A stretch of DNA of 64,000 bases from the NCBI GenBank assembly GCA_040954595.2, contig JBECUI020000037.1, positions 1 through 64,000 of the forward strand. The letters are read 5' to 3'. Below the pieces are notes generated by a model. That model was given only the letters and a program-made list of their open reading frames with translations, did not search any database and was not told the DNA's origin. Shown here in pieces: positions 50,891-60,860 of the stretch. Made by a program: the position numbers and the translations under genes. Source of the DNA: Balanoglossus misakiensis (taxonomy: Eukaryota; Animalia; Hemichordata). Position 1 is the first letter of the stretch, and each line of letters starts with the position of its first letter.

Positions 50891-52837
50891 TTACGAACTA
50901 GTTATTCTACAGCGGTGTAATACTTCCGTTAATTGCGATATTGTTCCTGTGGGACGCTTGGAAAAAAGCAATTCTAATGTATCATAATACTGATCCCAAT
51001 GCATTTGTTCTGTTTGATAGCGTTTTTGCATCCATGTACTGTGGGCATTGCTGTCAAGGACATCAACAAGAGCTTCTTCGGCAAGGCGGAATTGTTCCAT
51101 TGCTTTTTTTTCTGAATCGGAATCTTTTCGGATCGATATACAATGGAGCATGAGCCTTCCGACTGCACATGCAAGTGGGGCAGTATTGGTAAAACAACTG
51201 GTAAATGGAGCAAAATCTTGCTTGAATTTTGCTAATCCTCCCGGCAGACATTCGGCATACCGAGAGAAAATGACCGTACGAAGGATATCCCCTGCATAGG
51301 TGCCGAGTTTTGCAGCTTTTATGGCATCACTTGCGAATGCTTCTTTATCGTGCCGCATAATCAGACCTGCAGCATGTACATACCGTAGGGGCGGATGGTT
51401 CGTTGCATTGGATGGGCCACTATAGACCGACATGAGATAAGCCTGATCTTCTGCCCTGCCGACAAACGATGGAGTAAAAGGTCGGTGTCGTTGCAGTGCA
51501 TTAAGTAGAATGCCGTTTGTTCCTCCCGTTACATGCAGACGTTGCAGCCCACGATTCTGACCGTCAAGATGGGTACCGTCATACTTCGTCATCATTTCTG
51601 CACGGGTTGAACATGCCATCATGGTGGTACGGGGGAAAAAAAGATCATTTGGAGAAAGAGGTTCATCGGGATATTTGACGTCTGGAGTAAAAAGCCCTTG
51701 GGATATGTCTTTTTCGTTTACTAATGCACCAGCAATCATGCCAAGTTCAACCCATTGATCGGTATGATCCTTTGCCTGGGCACCCCATAGTGGGGTTCGA
51801 AAATGATCAAGTGCTGATTTTCCCGTTTCAGAAAATATTTCAGGTTGTGAAAATACTTGATCTAGGTCAAACTTAAAAGTTGCTCGTATATCGGGGGCGA
51901 TGCAGAGTTGCCAGAGAAGTGGGGCTGCCTTGAGAAAAGAATAATGCCGACCGTACATACCGTTTACGCCGAATACTTCTGCAATGTCGGCAGCACGGGT
52001 TTCTTTTGTGGCGGAAGCAAGTATGTCTGCAATTTCTATTGTTTCTGACTCGGTTACTATATATACCTCTAAGTGGGAAAGGTTAGCATGATTTTCCAAC
52101 TCATTGGTCAGGTATTCTTTGGCGATGCTTGCTAATCCTTTGTGAGTAACGGAAACTGATAAGAGAACTCGAATTCGTACGTCTTCGGGAAGATTGTTCT
52201 GTTCCTTTTCCCATTTCAGCATGTTTGAGATCCCATTGAGACCATAGATCAACTCGTTTGCATCACGTGAAACCCCAATAGGCATGGGATGGTCGTACCA
52301 GTATTGTTGATGTTCGTGTACAATCTCGTGGAGCTTTTTTTTCATGGAAGAGGAGATGTCGAGAGAGTCAATCTTGTCCGGGTCGGGGATTGTCAGCAAT
52401 ACATTGGAGGTAAAAAGTATTTCAGAAGCAGGATCACGTATCGGATTGGGGTTAGGGCTAATGCTGTGAATAGTTCGGGTGTTCCGGACGTCTTGCTCTA
52501 ATGCTTCATAATTGTTGGAAGATTGCGTAAATGTTAATGCTTCAGGACAAAACACCGACCAGAGTAAGGTACGAAAGGTCAAGTCGGTGAGTTCAGGTTT
52601 TGTTTTGACAAATTCCCCCAGTTCCAATAGTGACTGCTTGGTATTTGCAGGTAATGTTTCCAATTCGGTTGCGATTGCACGTGCAATAGGAAAGGGGTGT
52701 GGTTCATCAAGCGGATGTTCCGCTTCTAAGTGATAAAGGAAATCAGTGAGAGGAAGAAATGTTTCAGAGGTTTCATCAATCTGATTTGCTAAAAATCTAA
52801 TTACACGTGCATATGAATTTGTATACATGGTTTCCAT
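50891..52837 (-). CDS. Hypothetical cytoplasmic protein, possible GT-A fold
   Basis: 648-aa clean ORF; motifs FKFDLDQ, VTGGTNG, RAEDQ and MRHDK occur in GT-A order. Confidence 0.6.
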   Translation of the reverse strand: METMYTNSYARVIRFLANQIDETSETFLPLTDFLYHLEAEHPLDEPHPFPIARAIATELETLPANTKQSLLELGEFVKTKPELTDLTFRTLLWSVFCPEALTFTQSSNNYEALEQDVRNTRTIHSISPNPNPIRDPASEILFTSNVLLTIPDPDKIDSLDISSSMKKKLHEIVHEHQQYWYDHPMPIGVSRDANELIYGLNGISNMLKWEKEQNNLPEDVRIRVLLSVSVTHKGLASIAKEYLTNELENHANLSHLEVYIVTESETIEIADILASATKETRAADIAEVFGVNGMYGRHYSFLKAAPLLWQLCIAPDIRATFKFDLDQVFSQPEIFSETGKSALDHFRTPLWGAQAKDHTDQWVELGMIAGALVNEKDISQGLFTPDVKYPDEPLSPNDLFFPRTTMMACSTRAEMMTKYDGTHLDGQNRGLQRLHVTGGTNGILLNALQRHRPFTPSFVGRAEDQAYLMSVYSGPSNATNHPPLRYVHAAGLIMRHDKEAFASDAIKAAKLGTYAGDILRTVIFSRYAECLPGGLAKFKQDFAPFTSCFTNTAPLACAVGRLMLHCISIRKDSDSEKKAMEQFRLAEEALVDVLDSNAHSTWMQKRYQTEQMHWDQYYDTLELLFSKRPTGTISQLTEVLHRCRITSS

Positions 52838-52882
52838 GTATACATGGTACTATATTTATAGTCTTCTTATCAATAAACGGAT

Positions 52883-55800
52883 CTACTGCACTGTGATAAT
52901 AAACTCCACAATTGGATTCTGCGGCGTACTGAAATCGGCACTTGTTGTTTGTATCCTTATGACATAGTTGCCGTCATCAGTGCCATTATTGACATTCAAG
53001 GTCCTTCCGTCGGTAATGCTGAATGTGTCGTTATGGCTTGTATCATCTGTCGGCAGACTGTACTGCGGATTTTCCAGTTGTCCTGCAAGGGAGTCGTTCT
53101 GTGCTGTAATGCTTAGTGGCGTTCCTATCGAGATAGTTGTCTGCGGTAATGTAATATACCATGGACCGAGGTTCTGATTGAAGGCACTCGCACCGGAAAA
53201 CATGGAACTCATATCAGTTACCTTGGATATATCCCAGTTGCTCAAGTCCCGATTAAAGGCACTCGCACCGGAAAACATGGAACTCATATCAGTTACCATG
53301 GAGGTGTTCCAGTTGTTCACGCTCTGATTGAAGGCGCTAGCACCAAAGAACATGGAACTCATATCAGTTACCACGGAGGTGTCCCAGTTATGCACGTTCT
53401 GATTGAAGGAACTTGCACCAAAGAACATGGAACTCATATCAGTTACCACGGAGGTGTTCCAGTTGCTCAAGTCCCGATTAAAGGAACTCGCACCGGAGAA
53501 CATGGAACTCATATTGCTTACCTTGGAGGTGTTCCAGTTGTTCACGCTCTGATTGAAGGCAGTTGCACCGGAGAACATGGAACTCATATTGCCTACCTCG
53601 GCGGTGTCCCAGTTGTTCACGCTCTGATTAAAGGAACTCGCACCGGAGAACATGAAACTCATATCGCTTACCTGAGAGGTGTTCCAGTTGCTCAAGTCTC
53701 GATTAAAGGAACTCGCACCGGAGAACATGAAATGCATATCGCTTACCATGGAGGTATTCCAGTTGTTCACGCTCTGATTGAAGGCAGTTGCACCGGAGAA
53801 CATGGAACTCATGTCGGTTACCATGGAGGTATTCCAGTTGTTCACGCTCTGATTGAAGGCAGTTGCACCGGAGAACATGAAACTCATGTCGGTAACCATG
53901 GAGGTATTCCAGTTGCTCAAGTCCCGATTAAATGCAGTTGCCTGAAAAAACATCTCACGCATATTGCTTACCTCGGCGGTGTCCCAGTTACTGATGTCTC
54001 CATTAAAGGTGATTGCAGAAGCGAACATTTTATTCATATCGCTTACCTGAGAGGTGTTCCAGTTGCTCAAGCTCTGATTAAAGGAATTTGCGCCGGAGAA
54101 CATGTAACTCATATTGCTTACCTCGGCGGTGTCCCAGTTTTTGATGTCTCCATTAAAGGTGGTTGCAAAGGCAAACATGAAACTCATATCGCTTACCTGA
54201 GAGGTGTTCCAGTTATTCAAGTTTTGATTGAAGGCAGTTGCCTGATAAAACATCTTATGCATATTAGTTACCTCGGCGGTGTCCCAGTTACTGATATCTC
54301 CATTAAAGGCAGATGCAGAGGTGAACATGGAATTCATATCGGTTACCTGAGAGGTGTTCCAGTTATTCAAGTTTTGATTGAATGCAGTTGCACCGGAGAA
54401 CATGTTACTCATATTGCTTACTTGGCCGGTGTTCCAGTTACTTAAGTTCTGATTGAATGCAGATGCCAGATAGAACATCGCACCCATATTGCTTACTTGG
54501 GCAGTATTCCAGCTACTCAAGTCCTGATTGAATGTAGATGCCTGATAGAACATTGCACCCATATCGGTTACCTGAGAGGTGTTCCAGTCATTCAAGCTTT
54601 GATTAAAGGCAGATGCCTGATAAAACATTGCACCCATATTGGTTACATTGGAGGTGTCCCAGTTACTGATATCTGCATTGAAGGTGTGTGCAGAGGCGAA
54701 CATAGCATGCATATTTTCTACCTCTGAGAGATCAGGAACGTCAGTTGCTACCATAGTCATATTGCTTGCACCGGAAAATGCCGACGCCATACTAACCCAT
54801 TGTGCTGTTCCCCATTGATCAATCGATTTCAGTCGTGCAGCTATTTCTCCTGTTGTATTTTTTAACAGTATCCGCTGAAAACTATCTGTTATCTTAACTG
54901 TATATTCTCCTGCTTCTGCATAGACATGGCTTGCCGTACTGGAGGTCCCTTCAACCGTTCCATCTCCCCAGGATATTGCATAGCCAGCTGTACTGTCTCC
55001 CACTGGAATTTCCACTGTTTGATTTGCTGCGGTTGTTTCCCATCTTGTTATAAACAACGATGAACTGATATTCTCCATGGTTATGGCATTTATTTCTGTC
55101 ACGGTCTTCAATTCATTGTCTGCATTGTCAATAATATTCCCCGTATCGTCATTGGTATACCAGATTGTTATCACTTCATTGGGGGAAATTTCTCGTGAGA
55201 GGGTCAAAATAATTTTATTTGAATTTTCTTGCGTTGCAACGCTGAGTACGCTCAGTGTTTCCGTACCGCTGCTCGCAATGCCAAAATTACTACCTTGTGC
55301 AGTACCCTTGACAATTTCGGAAAAGGAAAGAAGAATCTTGTTTCCCTCTATTCCTGTTCCGCCCTCTGTGATTGTTGGCGATTGGGTATCAAGTACTGTC
55401 AGATTGGCTGTTGCAGAAAAGTCGGTATCAACGATGGAAAATGCATGTATTATTACTGGTCCTGCGGTAAGTGCGGTTACCTGGACACTTCCATCGTTAT
55501 TATCTGAAATTTCTGCTCTTGTCGGATTATCGTTTGTCCATCTTATTGATTGTACTATATTTATACCGCTGACGGTTGCCTGGAGGGTCTGTGTCTCTCC
55601 GAGCGAAATTGTCTGACTGTAGAATGCTATCTCTATTCCGGTAATACCGTTACTCGAAAATTCTTTTGCATCCGTCCATATGGAGGCTAATGTCCGATCT
55701 GCAGTATTTTCAGACCGAATTTGTATCTGGTACTGCTCTGCTCCTTCTAGGTTGGTCAGGGTATAGTATGTGTTTTCCGTTTCCACTGTTGGTGCGTTGT

Positions 55801-57070
55801 TCCATTGCTCTACGTCTGGTATGGGTGTGCTGGGAAGGTAACGAATGACATAGAGGGTGGGCACAATGTTTCCTTCCGTATCTAATCCTGATTCTGATGC
55901 ACTCCAGTTTAGCGTAAGAGTTTTAACAGATTTTTCGGTTTCGTTTTTGACTATTGTCTCAGGGTCAACTGCTCCAGGGGCTCTACTTGCTACTGGATAA
56001 GTGCTTATTGTTGTCTTGCTTGTGTAACTCGTACTACTCGTGGTTTCTCCATCTACTGCTTCTGATTGTATAACAATGAAATATGTTGTTGCTGGTTCCA
56101 TCAAAGTTCCGTCTGCTAATTGAGTTATCCGTATCTCATAGGGTTCCGGGGAATCAGGTGGGAGGGTGTTCACGAGATTTCCCGGTACTGCAACATTCGA
56201 GACTGTCCCATCTACCGACGAGATGTAGACAGAGTAGCGGGTAGGAAGGGCAGATCCCTGATCATTTCTGCCGGGTGATACTGCATCCCATCTCAGTATG
56301 ATCTCTCTTGCACCGACTGATGAAGTCAGTGTTGCAGTGCCGATGTTCACTGGCGATGGGGTTGTTGTTGCTACCGGGTCCACCAGTTCTATCGGTGTGC
56401 TGAGTTCTCTTCCTGCTTCGTCCAACTGGCTAATAATTGCTACCCAATAGGAGTGACTAGCATTTAGACCTTGTATGGTATAACGAATAAGACCGGATGC
56501 ATCAGGAGTAAGGTCTGCTGCAGGTATGGTTTGTGAGGTTTCCTGTCCTGATTCATCTCTTAGTCGAATGGTGTAGGAGTGTACTAAACGGGCTACAGGA
56601 GGCTGCCACTGAAGGGTAAAACTGTCAGGTGCCCTTTCCGTTACTTGTATGTTTGACACGGCTGAACCCGGAATACCAGCTTCCATTTTCCGTGATGATG
56701 CAACCGGCGAGGAGGTCTTGCCAATTATTGCTCGTATCTCTACAGAAAAGCTGGTAGCTTCAACAAGGCGGGGCGTGCTAATGATGTATTCCAAACCCGA
56801 TGCGGTGGAAATAATAGCTGGATCATCAACTTGTATGTCTTTTGCCCATACGTGCACATCATTGTTGGTGGTCTTGATAATAATATTATATATATCTGGT
56901 GGGGTTGCAGGGGGTATCCATGATATATGGATACTGTCATCGGCAACAAATCGTGTGCCAAGATTACTAATCGGGGAAGGTTGGATACTACCAGTACCAG
57001 TACTCCCACAAGAAAAAGTAAATAGAAAAACGAACAGCACGGATGTTCCCACTAAGAACTTTGTAAACAT
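52883..57070 (-). CDS. BspA-like/DUF285 repeat surface lipoprotein with FN3 and Ig domains, copy A
   Basis: GGAGG RBS, TFSC lipobox, FN3-like domains, Big_2-like domain, FITRWET..SIDQWG cap, 20 repeats of 25 aa. Confidence 0.88.
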   Translation of the reverse strand: MFTKFLVGTSVLFVFLFTFSCGSTGTGSIQPSPISNLGTRFVADDSIHISWIPPATPPDIYNIIIKTTNNDVHVWAKDIQVDDPAIISTASGLEYIISTPRLVEATSFSVEIRAIIGKTSSPVASSRKMEAGIPGSAVSNIQVTERAPDSFTLQWQPPVARLVHSYTIRLRDESGQETSQTIPAADLTPDASGLIRYTIQGLNASHSYWVAIISQLDEAGRELSTPIELVDPVATTTPSPVNIGTATLTSSVGAREIILRWDAVSPGRNDQGSALPTRYSVYISSVDGTVSNVAVPGNLVNTLPPDSPEPYEIRITQLADGTLMEPATTYFIVIQSEAVDGETTSSTSYTSKTTISTYPVASRAPGAVDPETIVKNETEKSVKTLTLNWSASESGLDTEGNIVPTLYVIRYLPSTPIPDVEQWNNAPTVETENTYYTLTNLEGAEQYQIQIRSENTADRTLASIWTDAKEFSSNGITGIEIAFYSQTISLGETQTLQATVSGINIVQSIRWTNDNPTRAEISDNNDGSVQVTALTAGPVIIHAFSIVDTDFSATANLTVLDTQSPTITEGGTGIEGNKILLSFSEIVKGTAQGSNFGIASSGTETLSVLSVATQENSNKIILTLSREISPNEVITIWYTNDDTGNIIDNADNELKTVTEINAITMENISSSLFITRWETTAANQTVEIPVGDSTAGYAISWGDGTVEGTSSTASHVYAEAGEYTVKITDSFQRILLKNTTGEIAARLKSIDQWGTAQWVSMASAFSGASNMTMVATDVPDLSEVENMHAMFASAHTFNADISNWDTSNVTNMGAMFYQASAFNQSLNDWNTSQVTDMGAMFYQASTFNQDLSSWNTAQVSNMGAMFYLASAFNQNLSNWNTGQVSNMSNMFSGATAFNQNLNNWNTSQVTDMNSMFTSASAFNGDISNWDTAEVTNMHKMFYQATAFNQNLNNWNTSQVSDMSFMFAFATTFNGDIKNWDTAEVSNMSYMFSGANSFNQSLSNWNTSQVSDMNKMFASAITFNGDISNWDTAEVSNMREMFFQATAFNRDLSNWNTSMVTDMSFMFSGATAFNQSVNNWNTSMVTDMSSMFSGATAFNQSVNNWNTSMVSDMHFMFSGASSFNRDLSNWNTSQVSDMSFMFSGASSFNQSVNNWDTAEVGNMSSMFSGATAFNQSVNNWNTSKVSNMSSMFSGASSFNRDLSNWNTSVVTDMSSMFFGASSFNQNVHNWDTSVVTDMSSMFFGASAFNQSVNNWNTSMVTDMSSMFSGASAFNRDLSNWDISKVTDMSSMFSGASAFNQNLGPWYITLPQTTISIGTPLSITAQNDSLAGQLENPQYSLPTDDTSHNDTFSITDGRTLNVNNGTDDGNYVIRIQTTSADFSTPQNPIVEFIITVQ
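53183..54682 (-). repeat. 20 x 75-bp DUF285 repeats
   Basis: FNxx(L/I/V)xxWxTxxVxxMxxMFxxAxx units; 1500 bp = 20 x 75. Confidence 0.95.
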
Positions 57071-57165
57071 AAGACCTCCACAAGGAAACTGTATACTATA
57101 TATATACAATAATGCACAAAAAAGTCAAGAGATGTTTTAGACAGTTGTCTGAACAGCAATGGCAG
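57071..57165 (-). promoter_or_regulatory. Conserved promoter/RBS block of copy A, homologous to 60721-60817
   Basis: TTGACT, 16-nt spacer, TATATATATAGT, then GGAGG; the same layout precedes copy B. Confidence 0.55.
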
Positions 57166-57336
57166 ATGTAGGTATGCTTTTAAGTCCACTCTCATACTTC
57201 TTCTCCATTCGGGCATGCTATGCTACAGTACTGTTGCCTGTTTCACATAGATCGTTTCTGCAAAAACAGGATGATATATTACCAATGCTGAAAGAGAAAC
57301 AGCAGAGCATGTGTCTCCGCTGTTTTTCGGAAGACC

Positions 57337-60300
57337 TTATGGTACTGTTACCGTAAGCGCCACGATCGGGTTCCGTGGCGTACTCTTGGGTTCATGGGCA
57401 TCAATGGTTTCTCCAGCAATGAGCACCTGTATCTTTACGGTATAGTCACCAGGTTGAACAAGGACAATATGTAAGATATTTCCGTCAGTAATGTAAAATT
57501 TATCATTGTTGCTTGTAAAATCATACGGTAAACTGTACGGTTGATCGATCAACTGACTTGCAAGGAAGTCGTTCTGTGGTGCAATGGTCAGTGAACTTTC
57601 TCGCGTGATGGTTGTCTGCGGTAATGTTATATACCATGGACCAAGGTCTTGACTAAAGGAGTTAGCCATGTATAACATTGAAGTCATATCGGTTACTTTT
57701 GATATATTCCAGTTGCCGATATTTCCATTAAATGCAGACGCCTGATAGAACATCGCAGCCATATTGGTTACATTTGATGTGTCCCAATGTTCCAAGTCCT
57801 GATTGAATGTAGACGCAAGTAAGAACATGGAACTCATATCGGTTACTTTTTCTGTGTTCCAGTCGCTGATATTTCCATTGAATGCAGACGCCTGATAGAA
57901 CATTGAAGCCATATTGGTTACCGAAGATGTATTCCAGCCGTTCAAGTTCTGATTGAATACAGATGCCAGATAGAACATGGAACTCATATCGGTTACATTT
58001 GATGTATCCCAGTTGCCGATATTTCCATTGAAGTTGCTTGCTCGAAAGAACATGGAACTCATATCAGTTACATTGGTGGTATTCCAGTCGTGTAAGTCTT
58101 GATTGAATGCAGATGCCTGATAAAACATGTACCCCATATTGGTTACATTTGATGTATTCCAGTTAAAGATGTCTCTATTAAAGGCGGTTGCAGAGGCGAA
58201 CATGTAACGCATATTGGTTACATTTGATGTATTCCAGTTGCTGATATCGCCATTGAAGGCGCTTGCAGAGGCGAACATTGCATTCATATTGGTTACATTT
58301 GATGTATCCCAGTTACTGATATCTCCATTGAAGGAGGATGCCCCATTAAACATTCCACTCATGTTTTTTACTTCTGAGAGATCGGGGGTGTCAGTTGCTA
58401 GCATAGTCATATTGCTTGCACCAGAAAATGCTGATTCCATACTGGTCCATTTTGCTGTGCCCCACTGATCAATAGACTTCAGTCGAGCTGCTATTTCTCT
58501 TGTCGTCGTTGTCAATGCTATTTGTTGAAAAGTACCCGTTATTTTGACTGTATATTCTCCTGCCCTCGCATAGGTATGGGAAACCGTGCCCCAATCCTCA
58601 TCTACTGTTCCATCGCCCCAAGATATCTCGTTGAGTGTTATATAGTCTCTCAGCGGGATTATTACACTTTGATTTGGTGCTGTTGTTTCCCACCTTGTTA
58701 TAAACAGCGATGAGCCGGTATTCTCTATTGTTATGGCGTCTGCTTCCGGCACTGTTGCCAATTCATTGCCTGCATTGTCGATAATATTCCCGGTATCGTC
58801 ATTGGTATACCAGATTGTTATCACTTCTTCAGGCTCCACTTCTCGTGACAGGGTCAAGAGAATTTCATTTGAATTTACTTGTGTTTCGACTGTGCTGACA
58901 CTCAGTGCTTCTGTACTGCTACTCGCAATGCCAAAATTACTGCCTTGTGCATCACCGCTGACAAATTCGGAAAAGCGAAGAAGAATTTTTTTCCCCACTG
59001 TTACGCTTTCCCCATCTGTAATTGTTGGGGCTTGGATATCGAGCACTGTCAGATCAGCTGTTGCCGAGAAGTCATTATCTGCGATGGAAATTGCACGAAT
59101 GGTTACTGGACCTGCAGCAAGTGTGGTTACCTGGATGCTGCCGTCGGGATTATCTGAAATTTCTGCTCTTGCCGGATTATCGTTTGTCCATCTTATGGAT
59201 CTTACTATATTTATACCGCTGACGGTTGCCCGAAGGGTTTGAACACTTCCAATCTGCATTGTCTGAAGATAGGGTGCTATTTCTATTCTGGCAACACCGT
59301 TACTCGAAAATTCTTTTGTTTCTGACCATATGGAGGTTAATGTCCGATCTGCGGTATTTTCAGACCGGATGCGTATCTGATACTGATCTGCACTTGCCAG
59401 ATCGGGCAGGGTCAGTTCTGTGTTTGCCGTTTCCATGGTTGGTGCATTGTTCCAGTGCTCTTCGCTCGGTATGGGCATGCTGGGGAGATAACGAATAGCA
59501 TAAAGGGGTGGTACAATATTTCCATCCTCGTCTAATCCTGCTTCTACTGCATTCCAGTTTAGCGTAAGAGTCTTAACAGTTATTTCAGTTTCATCTTTGA
59601 CAATTGTCAAAGGATCCACTGCTCCGGGTGCTTTACTTGCTACTGGTGCGGTGCTTATTGCTGTTTTGCTTGTGTTCCCGGTACTACTGATACTTTCTCC
59701 ATCTACTGCTTCTGATTGTATAACAACAAAATATGTTGTTGCCGGTTCTAAAAGAGTTCTGTCGGCTAATCGAGTTATCTGTACTTCATAGGGTGCAGGG
59801 GAAGAAGGGTGTATCGTGTGTACGAGATTCTCTTGTGCTGCAATGTTTGAGGCAGTCGCGTCTACTGATATGTAGACAAAGTAACGAGTGGGAAAGGCGT
59901 ATCCCTGATCGTCTCTGCCGGGCGATACGGCACTCCATCTCAGTGTGATCTTTCTTGCAGTAACTGATGAATCCAGAACTGCAGTACCAACATTCACTGG
60001 TAATGGTGGAGCAGTTGCTACTGGACCAAGCAGATCTATCGGTGTGCTGAGTTCGCTTCCTGCTTCATCTAACTGGGTAATAATGTTCACCCGATAGGTC
60101 TTGCTGGCATTCAAACCTCGTATGGTATAACGAATAAGACCGGATGCACTAGGAGTGATGTCTGCTACCGGTATGGTATATGGAGTTTCTTGCCCTGATT
60201 CATCTGTGAGACGAATGATGTAAGAATGTACTGAACGATTTACAGGGTATGCCTGTTGCCATTGAAGAGTAATGCTATCAGGTTGTGTTTCTATTACTTG

Positions 60301-60720
60301 TATGTTTGATACGGCAGAACCCGGAACCCCGGTTCCCAGTGGAGGGGATGATACTACTTCCGAGTAGGTATTTTCAATCATTATTTGTACTTCTACAGAG
60401 TAGTTGGTAGCATCAGCAAGAAGTGCCGTGGTGATGGTGTATTCAAGACCGGATCCAGTGGAAATAATAGTTGGATCATTAGCTTGTATGTTCTTTCCCC
60501 ATATTAGGACATTGTCAGCGGACTTGATGATAATATTATATGTATCTGGTGTACGTGCGGGGGGGATCCATGATATATGGATACTGTCATCAGCAATAAA
60601 GCGCACGGCTAGATCACTGATCGGGGGAACCTGCATACTATTGGTGCCAGCACTTCCACAAGAGAAACTAAACAGAACAACCAACAGTACCGCTGTACCC
60701 ACTAATAACCTAGTAGACAT
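57337..60720 (-). CDS. BspA-like/DUF285 repeat surface lipoprotein, copy B
   Basis: GGAGG RBS, SFSC lipobox, same domain order as copy A, 9 repeats. Confidence 0.88.
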   Translation of the reverse strand: MSTRLLVGTAVLLVVLFSFSCGSAGTNSMQVPPISDLAVRFIADDSIHISWIPPARTPDTYNIIIKSADNVLIWGKNIQANDPTIISTGSGLEYTITTALLADATNYSVEVQIMIENTYSEVVSSPPLGTGVPGSAVSNIQVIETQPDSITLQWQQAYPVNRSVHSYIIRLTDESGQETPYTIPVADITPSASGLIRYTIRGLNASKTYRVNIITQLDEAGSELSTPIDLLGPVATAPPLPVNVGTAVLDSSVTARKITLRWSAVSPGRDDQGYAFPTRYFVYISVDATASNIAAQENLVHTIHPSSPAPYEVQITRLADRTLLEPATTYFVVIQSEAVDGESISSTGNTSKTAISTAPVASKAPGAVDPLTIVKDETEITVKTLTLNWNAVEAGLDEDGNIVPPLYAIRYLPSMPIPSEEHWNNAPTMETANTELTLPDLASADQYQIRIRSENTADRTLTSIWSETKEFSSNGVARIEIAPYLQTMQIGSVQTLRATVSGINIVRSIRWTNDNPARAEISDNPDGSIQVTTLAAGPVTIRAISIADNDFSATADLTVLDIQAPTITDGESVTVGKKILLRFSEFVSGDAQGSNFGIASSSTEALSVSTVETQVNSNEILLTLSREVEPEEVITIWYTNDDTGNIIDNAGNELATVPEADAITIENTGSSLFITRWETTAPNQSVIIPLRDYITLNEISWGDGTVDEDWGTVSHTYARAGEYTVKITGTFQQIALTTTTREIAARLKSIDQWGTAKWTSMESAFSGASNMTMLATDTPDLSEVKNMSGMFNGASSFNGDISNWDTSNVTNMNAMFASASAFNGDISNWNTSNVTNMRYMFASATAFNRDIFNWNTSNVTNMGYMFYQASAFNQDLHDWNTTNVTDMSSMFFRASNFNGNIGNWDTSNVTDMSSMFYLASVFNQNLNGWNTSSVTNMASMFYQASAFNGNISDWNTEKVTDMSSMFLLASTFNQDLEHWDTSNVTNMAAMFYQASAFNGNIGNWNISKVTDMTSMLYMANSFSQDLGPWYITLPQTTITRESSLTIAPQNDFLASQLIDQPYSLPYDFTSNNDKFYITDGNILHIVLVQPGDYTVKIQVLIAGETIDAHEPKSTPRNPIVALTVTVP
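57658..58332 (-). repeat. 9 x 75-bp DUF285 repeats
   Basis: 675 bp = 9 x 75. Confidence 0.95.
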
Positions 60721-60817
60721 ATGACCTCCACAAAGAATCCGTATACTATATATATATGCAATAATTACAGAAAAGTCAAGAGGATTTTTTGGAGTTTGTC
60801 TCAATAGCAATGTCAGA
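60721..60817 (-). promoter_or_regulatory. Conserved promoter/RBS block of copy B
   Basis: TTGACT, 17-nt spacer, TATATATATAGT, then GGAGG. Confidence 0.55.
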
Positions 60818-60860
60818 CACAAAGTAGCAAATGTATACGCCCGCTGCTATCTGGAACGTT

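Noticed and set aside
53390-54445. 351-aa plus-strand ORF with HIAYLGGVPV repeats
   Set aside because: Antisense shadow of the 75-bp DUF285 repeats
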